Below the pieces are notes generated by a model. That model was not told where the DNA came from and did no database searches. It worked only from the letters and a program-made list of their open reading frames with translations. The translations under genes and the position numbers were made by a program. This document shows positions 17,802 to 27,989 of a DNA stretch of 64,000 bases, in pieces (within the stretch, counting starts at the first letter, position 1; each line of letters opens with the position of its first letter). Origin of the DNA: an uncultured virus (IMG/VR IMGVR_UViG_3300031693_000204) (Duplodnaviria > Heunggongvirae > Uroviricota > Caudoviricetes); the IMG/VR virus record IMGVR_UViG_3300031693_000204. One strand, written 5' to 3'.

Positions 17802-19981
17802 TATTTGGTCGAGCGACCTGTTCCGCTGGTGATGGAATCAATGGCGTGGCGGTATTCTTCCTCAGATTGTTTCAATCTACGAATCAAGCTTTGAATTTCA
17901 AACCGCTTGTCGGGTGGACCGCCAAAACTCATAACGGAGTGTGTGGGATTTGCTGCTAGTTGTTTCTCGGCTTGAGCAAGTTGAGCTATGGTCCTTTGCA
18001 GTTCGGTATTCAATTGATCTACGAACTCTCCTCCTTGTGCGCCCAAGCCTCCGACTGCTCCCCCCCAACTGTTGTATCCGCTTTGGTTGGCAAAGTCGAA
18101 TCCTTGCTCTCCTCGATTGGTCAGATGGTTGCGGAAGAACTCAATAGCCGCAGGAGAGTCTGTGTGCGTCATGGACAACACATGAGCAACTTGACTGAGT
18201 ATTCTTTCTTCTAGTTCTCCGTCTTTCCATGTCTTCCCAGTGGGGCCGACACCAGCATACTTAACATTCATCGCTTGGGTCAAAGGTTGGGGCTGTAAGG
18301 CTTTTGCCAATCCCACCATCTTCTTGACGAGCGGATCAGGTATTGGCTGGAAAATTTCAAGCTCTTCTAACATGTTGTTGTAAAGATTCAGAATGTCATA
18401 ATCGCTTCCACCATGAGGCGATACCCCTTTGTGATCAGGCTTCATCAAAGGTGATGGGTAATCGAAGTTCGCCATGAAGTTTTGGTAGACCTGCTTTCGC
18501 ATGATCGCTTGTCTCTCAGGAGGCAGCTTTCCGTAAATGTCTTTTCTCTCATAGTTTGAGAAACCTCCCAAGTCTTCATCTGTGGCAAGATCTGGATGGT
18601 TCTTAACCAATGTTTTCATGTTGCCATCGCCAGAGGAAAACGAAAATCTATTGAGAGTCTTTGCCAGATCATAGAGTCGCTTTGCGGACTCCTCGTCAAG
18701 TGGATTGTCTTTGTCTACAGCAAGAAGCTTTCCAAGAGCGGCTTGACCGTGTGTCTCTGATCCACCTTGCTCCCACTCCTCGATCCATTTCCACAGATCA
18801 TCCATTCCTTCTGGCGTCACCAACTCTTCATCACCAAAGGTGTCTGACTCTTGGTTGCCTTGCATTGAGTAGAAGCCGGGGTTGATCTTTCCCTGTTTGC
18901 TCTCTACCCACCTCTTGACGAAATCTACAAACCCCGGAACCTCCCAGCCATATACTGAATCTTCTACCATGGCTACCGAATTGTTGGTATTTTCTTTAGA
19001 GGTAAACCGGCGAATCAAAACACGGCTCTTTGGGTTCTTAAGATCTTTGTCGTCAGGGTCGGTAAGATATGCAATGAAGCCGCCGTCTCTCACTTCGCAA
19101 TAGATTTCATTGTCTTTGTTTCCCAGTCTCATACATGATTCCCAAGAGCGATTCGTTGTCATGTATTCAAGATCTTCTGGCTTCTTGGAAATCACCACCA
19201 TGTAAGTTTTCTTCTGGCCACCTCTGCTGCCGACACGAGTGGGAGACATTTCAAACCATTGTATGTCTTCTTCAAGGTATTTGCTGTGTTGGCTTTGTTT
19301 GGCTTCGTAGTTCCTCTGTGAAATTTCCCCATTGGAGAACTGTTGATCTAGTTCTGCCTGATCATGTTTAGCAATTGCTTTAAGAATTAGGCTGATTCTG
19401 AAGAGGTTTCTTTCTCCCTCCGTCATGCCAAACTTATTGGCAACACTTTTCTCAATCTTTTCTGGGGGCAGGCCCTTGGATTGCAAATGGGCTCTGAGCT
19501 TTTCTGGTGTGTCTAGTGCATCGACAGTGATACTCTTTGGCGCAGCGAGTCCTTTGACATAATCAACGACCTCGTATCCATCTTCGCTTTCTGGGAATTT
19601 TCCGCCGCCCTTGAACTCTTCCACTCTGGATATAACGCTTTGATCATTCTTTTTGATATCATTATCTCCTTCAAACTCCTCGCCCTCTGTGGCAGAGGTT
19701 TCAAAAGGAAGGTAGATGCGGTCTCCTTCAGGAAACCAGCGATCAAAAGCAAAAGTTCTCTCTCCATAAGCCCGATCCCGAGTCATTTCTTGATCTTCGT
19801 CTTCATAGTCGTCATATTCATCATCCCACTCATCCTCATCGTACTCATCGCCTTCGAGCCAGTGACGGAATCTGATTGTCGTGTGATGTGGTTGTGATTC
19901 GAAATATGGTTCACAAATCACGGCCCTTGGGGGCAAGGGCTGCGAAAAGTCCACATTTTCTAAGAAGTCCCGGAATCTCAT
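17789..19981 (-). CDS. Large hypothetical phage protein
   Basis: About 730 aa ORF starting MRFRDFLEN, with an acidic tract. Confidence 0.75.
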   Translation of the reverse strand: MRFRDFLENVDFSQPLPPRAVICEPYFESQPHHTTIRFRHWLEGDEYDEDEWDDEYDDYEDEDQEMTRDRAYGERTFAFDRWFPEGDRIYLPFETSATEGEEFEGDNDIKKNDQSVISRVEEFKGGGKFPESEDGYEVVDYVKGLAAPKSITVDALDTPEKLRAHLQSKGLPPEKIEKSVANKFGMTEGERNLFRISLILKAIAKHDQAELDQQFSNGEISQRNYEAKQSQHSKYLEEDIQWFEMSPTRVGSRGGQKKTYMVVISKKPEDLEYMTTNRSWESCMRLGNKDNEIYCEVRDGGFIAYLTDPDDKDLKNPKSRVLIRRFTSKENTNNSVAMVEDSVYGWEVPGFVDFVKRWVESKQGKINPGFYSMQGNQESDTFGDEELVTPEGMDDLWKWIEEWEQGGSETHGQAALGKLLAVDKDNPLDEESAKRLYDLAKTLNRFSFSSGDGNMKTLVKNHPDLATDEDLGGFSNYERKDIYGKLPPERQAIMRKQVYQNFMANFDYPSPLMKPDHKGVSPHGGSDYDILNLYNNMLEELEIFQPIPDPLVKKMVGLAKALQPQPLTQAMNVKYAGVGPTGKTWKDGELEERILSQVAHVLSMTHTDSPAAIEFFRNHLTNRGEQGFDFANQSGYNSWGGAVGGLGAQGGEFVDQLNTELQRTIAQLAQAEKQLAANPTHSVMSFGGPPDKRFEIQSLIRRLKQSEEEYRHAIDSITSGTGRSTKYYPH

Positions 19982-20435
19982 GTGATTATTTATCACTTGG
20001 AAGTCGGAAACCAATAGTTCTTAATTTCTTGGAGAGATTCTTTATCCAAAGAAACACCGTGCATGTCGGCAATCAAACTGTCATGCGTGCAAGCTGGGCA
20101 CAGCGCAGTCTCATCGTCATCGGTTTAAAAACATAATGATGAATCAAGAAAAAAACTGGTTGAAGAGTGATGATCGTCGTATGGGAGAATTGCTAGGATA
20201 TAACAAAAAAGACATTGAAACATATCTTATGAACAATAGCAGAAAAGATGGCCAATAATTTTAGAAGGAGAAATGATGGAGGGTGTTGGACTGTTCTTCT
20301 TACAGGTCCAGAGAAACGTGTCTGGGGCTTCTGGGTCAATGGTAAGTTTCGTAAGAGGAACAAATACTTTTACGAACACGGCCATCACCACCCTTGCGAT
20401 CCTAGTAAGGATAAGATTCGCAAATAATCTCGCTA

Positions 20436-20627
20436 CTATAGTAGGGCTATTGTTGTGTCAAGTTTGATGAAACAGTAGTCTTCTTCTTTGATTGAAGACA
20501 TACTTGACTGTACTTTAACGATTTTTCCATCTTTTAATACCACAGAACAAGGGCATCCCCACGGTGTAAACGCCTTTCTCCAATGTTCTTCTTGTTGTTT
20601 CATTAACTTACTGTTCCATATAGATCC
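20436..20627 (-). CDS. Small hypothetical protein (start uncertain)
   Basis: Short coding-like ORF. Confidence 0.3.
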   Translation of the reverse strand, partial: GSIWNSKLMKQQEEHWRKAFTPWGCPCSVVLKDGKIVKVQSSMSSIKEEDYCFIKLDTTIALL

Positions 20628-20689
20628 ACTTTCAGCTACACTAGCTATTGAAAGGATGCACATTTTGTGCGGAAAGGATACATAAGGAA

Positions 20690-21358
20690 ATGACTCAATT
20701 TAAGATAATAACCACTCTTACGTGGAAGTTCGATAAGGACTCCACTCCAGAAGAGTGCCTTGCTTATGCTAAAGAACAAATAAACTCAATTCTTGATTCA
20801 GAACCGGCTGGTGAAGACTTTGATGGATTCACTGTTCAGGTTGATTTGGCTCGGATGAAAGATCGCAAGCGTCTTAATCATCTTGGCGAGTTCAGTCTGG
20901 AAGACGTTCTGCCACACCTCACAGAAGAGGAATCCAAGAAGGAATATGTTGTTGATGGCAATTCTCATTTAGTTCGTATGAACAGCGACCGTTATTTTGT
21001 GTTCAAAAATAACAATAATTGTGTTTCATGTGGACTCGAAGGGAACAAGATGATTTTGGATATCAATCCCGGAGATCAATCTCCTCATTTTAATCTATAT
21101 GCCGAGGAGAATGACCGTCTGGTGTTGATGACCAAGGACCATATCTTAGCCAAAAGCAAAGGTGGCACGGATGAGTTGGTTAATTACCAAACAATGTGTT
21201 CAACATGTAATAACCTTAAAGGTGCTTATGATTTGGAGTTGAATGATGTTAAAGAACTCCGAAGATTACATGATAATAAGGATAAGGTGCCAAGAAAAGA
21301 ATTGCGAAACCTTATAAATAGGATAAGAGAAGAAATGTCTAATGGAAAGGAGAAATAG
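20690..21358 (+). CDS. HNH-domain protein
   Basis: CVSCG; MTKDHILAKSKGGTDELVNYQTMCSTCNNLKG. Confidence 0.75.
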   Translation: MTQFKIITTLTWKFDKDSTPEECLAYAKEQINSILDSEPAGEDFDGFTVQVDLARMKDRKRLNHLGEFSLEDVLPHLTEEESKKEYVVDGNSHLVRMNSDRYFVFKNNNNCVSCGLEGNKMILDINPGDQSPHFNLYAEENDRLVLMTKDHILAKSKGGTDELVNYQTMCSTCNNLKGAYDLELNDVKELRRLHDNKDKVPRKELRNLINRIREEMSNGKEK

Positions 21359-21359
21359 A

Positions 21360-21905
21360 ATGGACAATCAAGCATATATTCGTGATAAAGTTAAGAATCT
21401 GAAAAGAAACAGAGTTGTTGCAGCACAATCTGTTCTTCCTAAGAAGCCTGTTGAGAAGAGAGCATTCGTGACTACTTTTCTTGGATGCTGCATATTACTA
21501 ATGACATTTGCCACTTTAGCAGGAATGTTTATGAAGAACGGAAACGTGTTTGCGTCTTCAAATAATCATAGAGTTGTTAAAGCCCCAGTCCATAATGATC
21601 CGGTTGTCAACCATCCGCCAGTTGTGCAATCCGAATCACACATGTCTCAATCAGATGGGAATGCCTTATCTGGAAGAGTTGAGTCTATGGAGTCTAAATT
21701 GACTTTGTGGACGCACAGACAATGGATGATGGGATTGGCACTTAATGAAAATGCCAACATCTCTCGTCGCATTGACAGGCAATACCACGGAAATGTTGAC
21801 AGTGGATTCATTACATTTGATAGCAGATGGCAAATGAGCAAGATACCGGAGACGATGAAAGTCACTCCAGATGAGAAAGAACTCATTCGCAATGGGCCTA
21901 AATGA
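21360..21905 (+). CDS. Hypothetical single-pass membrane protein
   Basis: AGGAG RBS, hydrophobic helix. Confidence 0.6.
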   Translation: MDNQAYIRDKVKNLKRNRVVAAQSVLPKKPVEKRAFVTTFLGCCILLMTFATLAGMFMKNGNVFASSNNHRVVKAPVHNDPVVNHPPVVQSESHMSQSDGNALSGRVESMESKLTLWTHRQWMMGLALNENANISRRIDRQYHGNVDSGFITFDSRWQMSKIPETMKVTPDEKELIRNGPK

Positions 21906-22668
21906 ATTTAGGAGAGGCGTCAGGCTTCCAGCCAACATCATTAAATGTCAGAAAGTCTTTCATAACGGTGCTTAGGAGAGATGCAGTTGCCAATGCTCTT
22001 ACTGACACTTTTCTGTGAGAGTACGGTATCTCTAACTGCATAGAGTCCGCCCACGGATCAAGTTCGTGCTTTCTGAAGTATTGATTCATGTTGTTGGTAG
22101 ACCGGCCAGCGTACTTGCCGCCGCCACGTCCTTCAAAGGCATCTCCATCGCCAGAGTATTTTCTGTATAGATCAATAAAGAGATTCTTTCGCCACAGTTC
22201 GCTGCTGAAAGAGTCTTTTTTTGATCCTAGTCCGTATCCTACAATTACTCCAACCTCTTCTGTTGCCACTTTATGAATAGCATTGCCTGCTCCATGTACA
22301 TATAAAATGACGCATTTTGAAGAGGTGGCATCGGGCAGATTCCATCCCCAGCCGTGATTGTTGATTGCACGAGGAGTATTGTTTGAGCTTAAACTCTTTT
22401 TGATTTGATTTTTGAATGTTATGATGGGCTTTAGAAACTCTTCATAAACAACGTCTTCTTTTGCGTGATCCACTCTGTTGCAATTAGCTTTGTCATTATT
22501 GACATCTACATCGTCTGAGCGGTCGAAGCCTCTATTTATTACAGCGTAACAGCCTAATTGTTTTGCCATTTCTTCAGCGATGATGTCAGTATTAAAATCA
22601 TCGCAACCGTGTGGAGCTACCAAGATGATAGGCTTTCTGCCAATTACTAATGTTACTCGTTCTTTCAT
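21898..22668 (-). CDS. Hypothetical protein, possible Zn-amidohydrolase fold
   Basis: ILVAPHG, YVHG, MQLEI motifs. Confidence 0.55.
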   Translation of the reverse strand: MKERVTLVIGRKPIILVAPHGCDDFNTDIIAEEMAKQLGCYAVINRGFDRSDDVDVNNDKANCNRVDHAKEDVVYEEFLKPIITFKNQIKKSLSSNNTPRAINNHGWGWNLPDATSSKCVILYVHGAGNAIHKVATEEVGVIVGYGLGSKKDSFSSELWRKNLFIDLYRKYSGDGDAFEGRGGGKYAGRSTNNMNQYFRKHELDPWADSMQLEIPYSHRKVSVRALATASLLSTVMKDFLTFNDVGWKPDASPKFI

Positions 22669-22719
22669 AGGAACATCCTCGTTTTTTGTGATTTATAGGT
22701 TCTGAATGGGACATGACAT

Positions 22720-22766
22720 TCATCTCTGTTAAGACCAACAAAGTGAAGTGCATTTCCTTTAACTAA
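22720..22766. repeat. 47-bp direct repeat, copy 1 (orphan 3' end of the 23434-24150 gene)
   Basis: TCATCTCTGTTAAGACCAACAAAGTGAAGTGCATTTCCTTTAACTAA, identical at 23489-23535. Confidence 0.9.
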
Positions 22767-22980
22767 AGTTATATAGAATTTTTCTGTAAATTGCAATCCA
22801 AAATTGTAATGACATACTATATACATGTATGGACAATAAAAAAGAACAAAGCAATTCCCAATTACAGATTCGCATACCTTTTTCTCTTCTAAAAAGGTTG
22901 AAGGGAGTGTGCAATCAAAAGTATCGTAGTGTATCAAGTGTGGTTAAAGAGTTGATCCTCAAATTTGTGGAGGAAAACGA

Positions 22981-23439
22981 ATGAGACCATCTAAGAAATA
23001 TGAGTTCAAAGGACAAAGCAAGACTGTTATTGAGTGGTCTGAAGAAACGGGTATTCCCAAATACAGTTTATGGTATCGGTTACGACAAGGGTGGTCGATA
23101 GAGAAGGCGATATCATCCGAAGGCATTAACCACCGAAGTAATTGGAAAGGTGGTAAGATAATAGACAGTAACGGATACATTTTGATGTATGTAAGTGAAT
23201 CCGATCCTTTGTTTTCTATGACTCATGGCAAAGGATCATATGCTTTGGAACACAGGATTAAAATAGCCCGTCACCTCGGAAGGTTGTTGTTGGAATCGGA
23301 GACTGTGCATCATATCAACGGCGATAGATCGGATAATTGTTTAAGCAATTTGCAATTAAGAATAGGTCGTCATGGTAAAGGGCAAGCGTATTGTTGTGCG
23401 GAGTGTGGTTCATCCAATCTTCGGCCCATTGAATTATAG
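22981..23439 (+). CDS. HNH homing endonuclease (HNH_3-like)
   Basis: NWKGG, ALEHR, ETVHHINGDRSDNCLSNL; GGAGG RBS. Confidence 0.85.
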   Translation: MRPSKKYEFKGQSKTVIEWSEETGIPKYSLWYRLRQGWSIEKAISSEGINHRSNWKGGKIIDSNGYILMYVSESDPLFSMTHGKGSYALEHRIKIARHLGRLLLESETVHHINGDRSDNCLSNLQLRIGRHGKGQAYCCAECGSSNLRPIEL

Positions 23440-24150
23440 GTAAATTTTCTGTAGTTTGCTCCTGAATAATCGATATGGTTTATGAAACTCATCTCTGTTA
23501 AGACCAACAAAGTGAAGTGCATTTCCTTTAACTAACTCAGTTTCACAGTTAATTACAGAAGTATTTGGGATTATGATGTATCGGGGGTAATTTAGAAGAG
23601 CAAAAGCCACCAATCCTTGTTCGTCAAATGTAATACTGGCGGCATGTTTCCCTTTAGCATTCTCTTCCCATTGTTGTCGAACTAAGAAGTTGATGTATTT
23701 ATGCAGGTTGAACCCCGGAGGCATACCAAATATGCCACTGTTGATAAAAAAACCTGTAGGAACGTGTTTATCAAATTTGCCGTAATTACGTGATAATCCT
23801 TGCAGCAGTAGAGTGCAATCCCCTTCAAAGAACTTGTCAATTTCCTCAACTCTGTTTTCAAACACAATATCGTTGTCTATTTGTATCTCATGCTGATCTG
23901 GAGCAAGTCGGGGCGGATAGAGCTTCCAAGATACTCCTTTAGGGGCAATGTGATCATCGAGATATTGAGATTGATCGTGGAAGGACACCGGGAAGGAACT
24001 TTCGATATCAGATAGGTTTTCTGCTGGGCAATTGTGGCACAGCACAATTTTTGCATCGTAGAATGTCAAAAAGGATTCGATGGACATGCCAAGGCACTCG
24101 TACCCGAGCTTATTTGTTTGTCCGATTGTCCACCTTGCTACGTTTTCCAT
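23434..24150 (-). CDS. Glycosyltransferase-like protein (GT-A)
   Basis: WKLY, QIDND (DxD), INSGIF, DEQG, HFVG motifs. Confidence 0.55.
   Translation of the reverse strand: MENVARWTIGQTNKLGYECLGMSIESFLTFYDAKIVLCHNCPAENLSDIESSFPVSFHDQSQYLDDHIAPKGVSWKLYPPRLAPDQHEIQIDNDIVFENRVEEIDKFFEGDCTLLLQGLSRNYGKFDKHVPTGFFINSGIFGMPPGFNLHKYINFLVRQQWEENAKGKHAASITFDEQGLVAFALLNYPRYIIIPNTSVINCETELVKGNALHFVGLNRDEFHKPYRLFRSKLQKIYL
23489..23535. repeat. 47-bp direct repeat, copy 2
   Basis: Identical to 22720-22766; encodes LVKGNALHFVGLNRDE on the minus strand. Confidence 0.9.
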
Positions 24151-24569
24151 GATTGATTATTCACTCCACTCGCCTAGATACATAATAGCAATATCGCTGG
24201 AGGAAAATTTTGACATCAGATCATTTGAAAATAGATTTACGAGGTTCGAGCAGGGACGATTTGCTCACCTTGTCCAAAATGATCATGTCAATTTCGAAAA
24301 TTATTTCGGCTCAGGGATGCAAGGTTCAAATTGTCGTAAAACCTACCGCACCAACAGTTTCCTCTAACGACTGCGTTCCCATCTCGATCTCCAAGTGATC
24401 AAAAAATGCAAAATTTGCATTTCCCTCCTTACATTTGTGTCACGCTCAACGTACAATTCGGCACTGACACAACTTTCAGACCAAAAATTTCTTGCTGTCA
24501 CTCTTGACTTGGCCGACTTCAAATCATAACCTGAAAGTGTTCTTCTAATCGGACACCGGGAAGCGAACC

Positions 24570-24881
24570 ATGACAAACACAGACCCCCAAGAAAACACAG
24601 ACCCCCAAGATAAAGCTGATCTTGAAGCACTCAAAGTAATGTCAACTCGTCATGGGTTGTACGGCGTACTCAAGATGCTGTTTGAAGACTCAAAAGACAG
24701 TTGTGCAAAATTTGCAGAAGCGGGTAACATGGAAGCTGTTATTCATGGCGACTCATTGATGCTGATGCTGTGTCTACAACGAATGCAGTCTTGTGGATAT
24801 TCTCCCGGTGGAGCGATAATGAGACAATTGGATTCATTTGAACCACCAGAATGCCACAAAGATAATACATCGGAGTCCTAA
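24570..24881 (+). CDS. Hypothetical protein with 18-bp tandem repeat (24575-24610)
   Basis: ORF bounded by motif copies; NTDPQE/NTDPQD. Confidence 0.55.
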   Translation: MTNTDPQENTDPQDKADLEALKVMSTRHGLYGVLKMLFEDSKDSCAKFAEAGNMEAVIHGDSLMLMLCLQRMQSCGYSPGGAIMRQLDSFEPPECHKDNTSES

Positions 24882-24935
24882 CCGGACACCGGGAAGAGAA
24901 ACATAAACCGCCAACCAACCCACCTACGAGCCGAC

Positions 24936-25127
24936 ATGAACGAACAAGAAGTCATTGCCCTGATGGAAACAAGTCAGTCCGAAGAAGAATGGAATGCCAA
25001 CTGCGATAAGGTGAAAGCTGCCTGTGGTGGTGGTTATCCCGGATTTTGGTTTGCTGCTATCAATATGTCAGGACTGATGGCAAAGATTGTCGCTCGTTGG
25101 GGCGGTGACGATCAAATTAAAATATAA
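24936..25127 (+). CDS. Small hypothetical protein
   Basis: ORF between motif copies. Confidence 0.6.
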   Translation: MNEQEVIALMETSQSEEEWNANCDKVKAACGGGYPGFWFAAINMSGLMAKIVARWGGDDQIKI

Positions 25128-25266
25128 ACATTGCCCTAACCGGACACCGGGAAGTCAAATGTCGAGCAGGTTGGACTTGCTCATTTCAAACTTTGCTTGG
25201 ATGCACGATAATGACGCAGTTAATTCCTGTGTCGAACCACCCCAATTTTCCTGAAGGAGAATCGAG

Positions 25267-26505
25267 ATGACTGACGCTACCACGACGAAGGATGACGCTG
25301 CCACTACGGAAGCCCCGGAATCCCCGGAATCATCCAAGCCAGAAGCAAAGAAGCCAGCAGCGGCCAAGAAGAAGATAGCCGCCGCCAAAAAGCCTGAACT
25401 CAAGGTGGCCAAAGAAGGTGAAATCCTTCGAGTGCCGATTGGCTCGATTGCTTATGACAATCCCCGGAAAGAACCGGCGGCGTTGTACGAAGAGGGCTTT
25501 GTCCTCATCGGCGATCCGAAAAACGTCTCATTCGAGATGGATGAAGAGTCGCAGGATTGGGTTTTGGAACGTGATGGTTCTGAACCACAAACGGTCGAAG
25601 ACCCGTTCGATGAAAAGAACTTCGTTTCGTTGTCTCACATGGCGATCAACGAAGACATTGAGCAGGCTCGTCGATACGTCGATCTGATTGAGACATTCGA
25701 GTCCGTCAATCGCAAGGAATTTCCGAATGCTCCGCAGAGCATTGTCGAACTTGCTGGCGACATCCGTTTGTTTGGTCAGATGTACCCGATTCTCGTTCGG
25801 AAGAACGGCAAGACCGGATTCACTGGCATCGACGGTGGCCGACGAATGGCTGCGATCCTTTATCTGCACGCCAAGAGTCGGGTTCTGAAAGCCGACAAAG
25901 AAACTGATCCGATCTTCGGTGAAAAGACTCCGGCAATTCGTGCCGCAGATGTTCTGATCACCGAACAGGACTGCAAAGCAAGCGAAGTCAAGTTGCGATC
26001 ACTGGTTGCCAACTTGTCCCGCAAGGAATTCACGGCTCTCCAAGAGGGTCGGGTTTACCACGACATGTTGCAGGAAATCAATCCTGATACTGACAAGAAG
26101 TTCACAAGCAAAGATGCCGCTGCTTATCTCAAAGTCAATCCCGGTACTTTCCGAAATCGTGAAGCCCTGTGGCGTGAGCCGACCTTCAATGATGATGGAA
26201 AGCAAATCAAGGGTTTGAGCGATAAGCAACGACAAAAACTTGCTGACGGCGAAATGCTACTCACTGCTGCCAGCCGTAAGGCTCTCGGTGAACAGCACTA
26301 CTCCGAGACTGGCAAGCCCAGCACGAAGCGGAACAAAGGTGTTCCGTTGTCGAAGATGCAGCAACTCTTCGATGAAACTGCCGAAAGTAATGGCGAACGT
26401 CGTCAGGCAATTGCTGATTGCCAAGGAATCGAACTGAAGCAAGCCGAAAAGGAATCTGAGGCTCGTATCGAAGCTGTAGAAGCCGCTGAGCTTGCTGCTG
26501 CTTAA
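25267..26505 (+). CDS. ParB/Spo0J-like protein
   Basis: MYPILVR...IDGGRRMAA, ANLSRKEFTALQEG, HTH-like DAAAYLKVNPGTFRNR. Confidence 0.75.
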   Translation: MTDATTTKDDAATTEAPESPESSKPEAKKPAAAKKKIAAAKKPELKVAKEGEILRVPIGSIAYDNPRKEPAALYEEGFVLIGDPKNVSFEMDEESQDWVLERDGSEPQTVEDPFDEKNFVSLSHMAINEDIEQARRYVDLIETFESVNRKEFPNAPQSIVELAGDIRLFGQMYPILVRKNGKTGFTGIDGGRRMAAILYLHAKSRVLKADKETDPIFGEKTPAIRAADVLITEQDCKASEVKLRSLVANLSRKEFTALQEGRVYHDMLQEINPDTDKKFTSKDAAAYLKVNPGTFRNREALWREPTFNDDGKQIKGLSDKQRQKLADGEMLLTAASRKALGEQHYSETGKPSTKRNKGVPLSKMQQLFDETAESNGERRQAIADCQGIELKQAEKESEARIEAVEAAELAAA

Positions 26506-26530
26506 TGGAGAACCCCTCTCCCCCGCAGAG

Positions 26531-26567
26531 AGCCATCATCAGCACTTGCTGATGATGGCTTTTTTTT
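26531..26567 (+). terminator. Intrinsic terminator directly followed by motif
   Basis: AGCCATCATCAGC-actt-GCTGATGATGGCT plus T-run. Confidence 0.85.
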
Positions 26568-26592
26568 GTAACCGGACACCGGGAAGTAAAAC

Positions 26593-26982
26593 ATGAAGAT
26601 TACATCAGATACAATAGAGACACTTGTTGAAGAGTGGTCAGATCCGGGTGATTACCCAAGCAACGCTGGCGGTGGTCCGCTTCCGAGCTACAGCTACTTG
26701 GCTGGTTTGGATGGTGAGTTGGAAATTGAACTCAACTGGGCAGAGTACAAATCTATGCTCCAGTGGGATAACGTCGGTGAGTGGCTAAGAGAAGAAGTTG
26801 ATTACGGCTTGCCAGATGGGATACTTTCTGCTGTTTGGGAGTATGAAATGTCTGGCGGAAAGATTCAGTGGCCTTGGTTCTGGATTCGCAGTAATGTCAT
26901 CCTCAAAATATGTGCCTTTGATGCAGAGGGTGATCCAGATTATCAGATTGATGAGCCGTATTTTGACGATGATTGCATCTAA
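26593..26982 (+). CDS. Hypothetical protein
   Basis: ORF bounded by motif copies. Confidence 0.6.
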   Translation: MKITSDTIETLVEEWSDPGDYPSNAGGGPLPSYSYLAGLDGELEIELNWAEYKSMLQWDNVGEWLREEVDYGLPDGILSAVWEYEMSGGKIQWPWFWIRSNVILKICAFDAEGDPDYQIDEPYFDDDCI

Positions 26983-27040
26983 CCGGACACCGGGAAGAGA
27001 ATCGACCCAAACAACACAAAATTTGTAAAGGAATGTCGCC

Positions 27041-27952
27041 GTGGACTATGGAGCTATTCAACCGATTGATTTGAAAGACGGAGAAAAAGAAAAACTCGAA
27101 TCTTTCATGGCGAAAGCGTTCGTTACTCTTTCGGCGGAAGCCAAAGAAAGGTATGGTTTCCCACACGTACTTCGTTTGCGAAATGACTACAAACTGGGTC
27201 GGTGCAATTTGCGTCGATCTCCAGATGCCAAAGGTGTGATGGAACGACTTTCTTTGATTGAAGAGAGAGTTTTGGCCGGATACATTAAGGTAGGACATGC
27301 GTTGTTCACAGCGTTTGCTACAAACGGTTCAGAGAGACGGCCCGGAGTCACTGAGTGTGATTTCATTCAAGAGGGCGCACATGCTGTTTTTGATGCCATG
27401 TACACATACAATGGCGAAAATCGCTTTTCCACATACGTTTATTACTGTGTGAAAAATCGTTTGATTAACTTCTCTCGAAAAGAAGAGAAATCAGATGGCG
27501 GTGAGGTGTCTTTCAAGGTCAAGAAGATTCGTGCCAAGGTACGAGAACTGATGCAGGACTACAAAATAGACCTGCAAACAGCGATTGAAAGAGTGCAATC
27601 GGAAGATCATTTGGATGAACTTGTGATTGCAAATCTGAAATCATCATTCTCTCGTCGCCGGTCGGAGTTCAATTCCGAGTCTTACTCCACTCGACACAAC
27701 GAAGAGATGGAGTTGATGCTTGACGTGATTGAGTCAACTGAACTTGAGCCGCTTGAGAGAATCATCATTGAAGGAAAACTTCGTGATGGAAGAAGTTTCA
27801 TCGAGACCTATCGGAACGGTCCAGATGGAGTTAATCCCAATACTGGTAAACCCTTTACTCGTGCTTGGTTGGGACAAGTCTATCTGAAGGCGTGTGAAAA
27901 ACTGCAAGCCGTGTATAATGGTGAGAGCGTTAGCCAAACTGAAGCTGCGTAA
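27041..27952 (+). CDS. Sigma-70 family RNA polymerase sigma factor
   Basis: Region 2-like DFIQEGAHAVFDAMYTYNGENRFSTYVYYCVKNRL; region 4-like FTRAWLGQVYLKACEKLQ. Confidence 0.75.
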   Translation: MDYGAIQPIDLKDGEKEKLESFMAKAFVTLSAEAKERYGFPHVLRLRNDYKLGRCNLRRSPDAKGVMERLSLIEERVLAGYIKVGHALFTAFATNGSERRPGVTECDFIQEGAHAVFDAMYTYNGENRFSTYVYYCVKNRLINFSRKEEKSDGGEVSFKVKKIRAKVRELMQDYKIDLQTAIERVQSEDHLDELVIANLKSSFSRRRSEFNSESYSTRHNEEMELMLDVIESTELEPLERIIIEGKLRDGRSFIETYRNGPDGVNPNTGKPFTRAWLGQVYLKACEKLQAVYNGESVSQTEAA

Positions 27953-27989
27953 TCGGACACCGGGAAGATAAGCAGAAAGGGAGGACTTA

